NCBI GenBank assembly: GCA_937625935.1 | Contig: OW569349.1 | Span: forward strand, 604,303-668,302 | DNA: 64,000 nt | Reading direction: 5' to 3' | DNA from: Tetramitus jugosus | Lineage: Eukaryota > Protista > Heterolobosea | Position numbers and translations under genes: made by a program | The notes under the pieces: generated by a model | The model's database searches: none | What the model was told of the DNA's origin: nothing | What the model saw: the letters and a program-made list of their open reading frames with translations, nothing else | Shown here: positions 63,157 to 64,000 of the stretch, one piece after another | How positions within the stretch are numbered: position 1 is the first letter of the stretch | Layout of the letters: each line of letters starts with the position of its first letter

Positions 63157-64000
63157 TTTGGGTTTGGGTTTGGGTTTGGGTTTGGGTTTGGGTTTGGGTT
63201 TGGGTTTGGGTTTGGGTTTGGGTTTGGGTTTGGGTTTGGGTTTGGGTTTGGGTTTGGGTTTGGGTTTGGGTTTGGGTTTGGGTTTGGGTTTGGGTTTGGG
63301 TTTGGGTTTGGGTTTGGGTTTGGGTTTGGGTTTGGGTTTGGGTTTGGGTTTGGGTTTGGGTTTGGGTTTGGGTTTGGGTTTGGGTTTGGGTTTGGGTTTG
63401 GGTTTGGGTTTGGGTTTGGGTTTGGGTTTGGGTTTGGGTTTGGGTTTGGGTTTGGGTTTGGGTTTGGGTTTGGGTTTGGGTTTGGGTTTGGGTTTGGGTT
63501 TGGGTTTGGGTTTGGGTTTGGGTTTGGGTTTGGGTTTGGGTTTGGGTTTGGGTTTGGGTTTGGGTTTGGGTTTGGGTTTGGGTTTGGGTTTGGGTTTGGG
63601 TTTGGGTTTGGGTTTGGGTTTGGGTTTGGGTTTGGGTTTGGGTTTGGGTTTGGGTTTGGGTTTGGGTTTGGGTTTGGGTTTGGGTTTGGGTTTGGGTTTG
63701 GGTTTGGGTTTGGGTTTGGGTTTGGGTTTGGGTTTGGGTTTGGGTTTGGGTTTGGGTTTGGGTTTGGGTTTGGGTTTGGGTTTGGGTTTGGGTTTGGGTT
63801 TGGGTTTGGGTTTGGGTTTGGGTTTGGGTTTGGGTTTGGGTTTGGGTTTGGGTTTGGGTTTGGGTTTGGGTTTGGGTTTGGGTTTGGGTTTGGGTTTGGG
63901 TTTGGGTTTGGGTTTGGGTTTGGGTTTGGGTTTGGGTTTGGGTTTGGGTTTGGGTTTGGGTTTGGGTTTGGGTTGGGTTTGGGTTTGGGTTTGGGTTTGG
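63157..64000 (+). repeat. Telomere (TTTGGG)n, about 140 units
   Basis: Homogeneous array with the G-rich strand running 5'->3' toward the window end. One TTGGG variant at 63973-63977. Confidence 0.97.

Noticed and set aside
63973-63977. Single TTGGG variant repeat
   Set aside because: It lies near the contig end and is as likely a sequencing error as telomerase slippage.

Overview
This is the right end of a gene-dense chromosome from an intron-poor microbial eukaryote using the standard genetic code. It ends in about 140 TTTGGG telomeric repeats (63157-64000). Short GT-AG introns with CTAAC-type branch points, a DYW-PPR remnant, a Cache/HAMP cyclase and RABL2 point to a heterolobosean (Naegleria-like) amoeboflagellate; this is inference. 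About 27 housekeeping and signalling genes are present. The main finding is a position-specific non-LTR retrotransposon system that targets RNA polymerase III genes. All three Pol III genes in the window (two dispersed 5S rRNA copies and a tRNA-Ser(AGA)) carry a poly(A)-tailed element with a target-site duplication (TSD) just upstream, with its 5' end facing the gene. The TSD begins exactly 24 bp upstream of both 5S genes and 29 bp upstream of the tRNA. Two element types share the 3' terminus AATAAA..GCAAY..GTTGTATGG-A(n): 5'-truncated ORF2 (zinc-finger) ends, and an ORF1-only element (RRM plus coiled coil) with no ORF2. Older decayed copies are stacked behind the newest insertions. All protein and RNA family calls come from visual motif recognition, not database searches.
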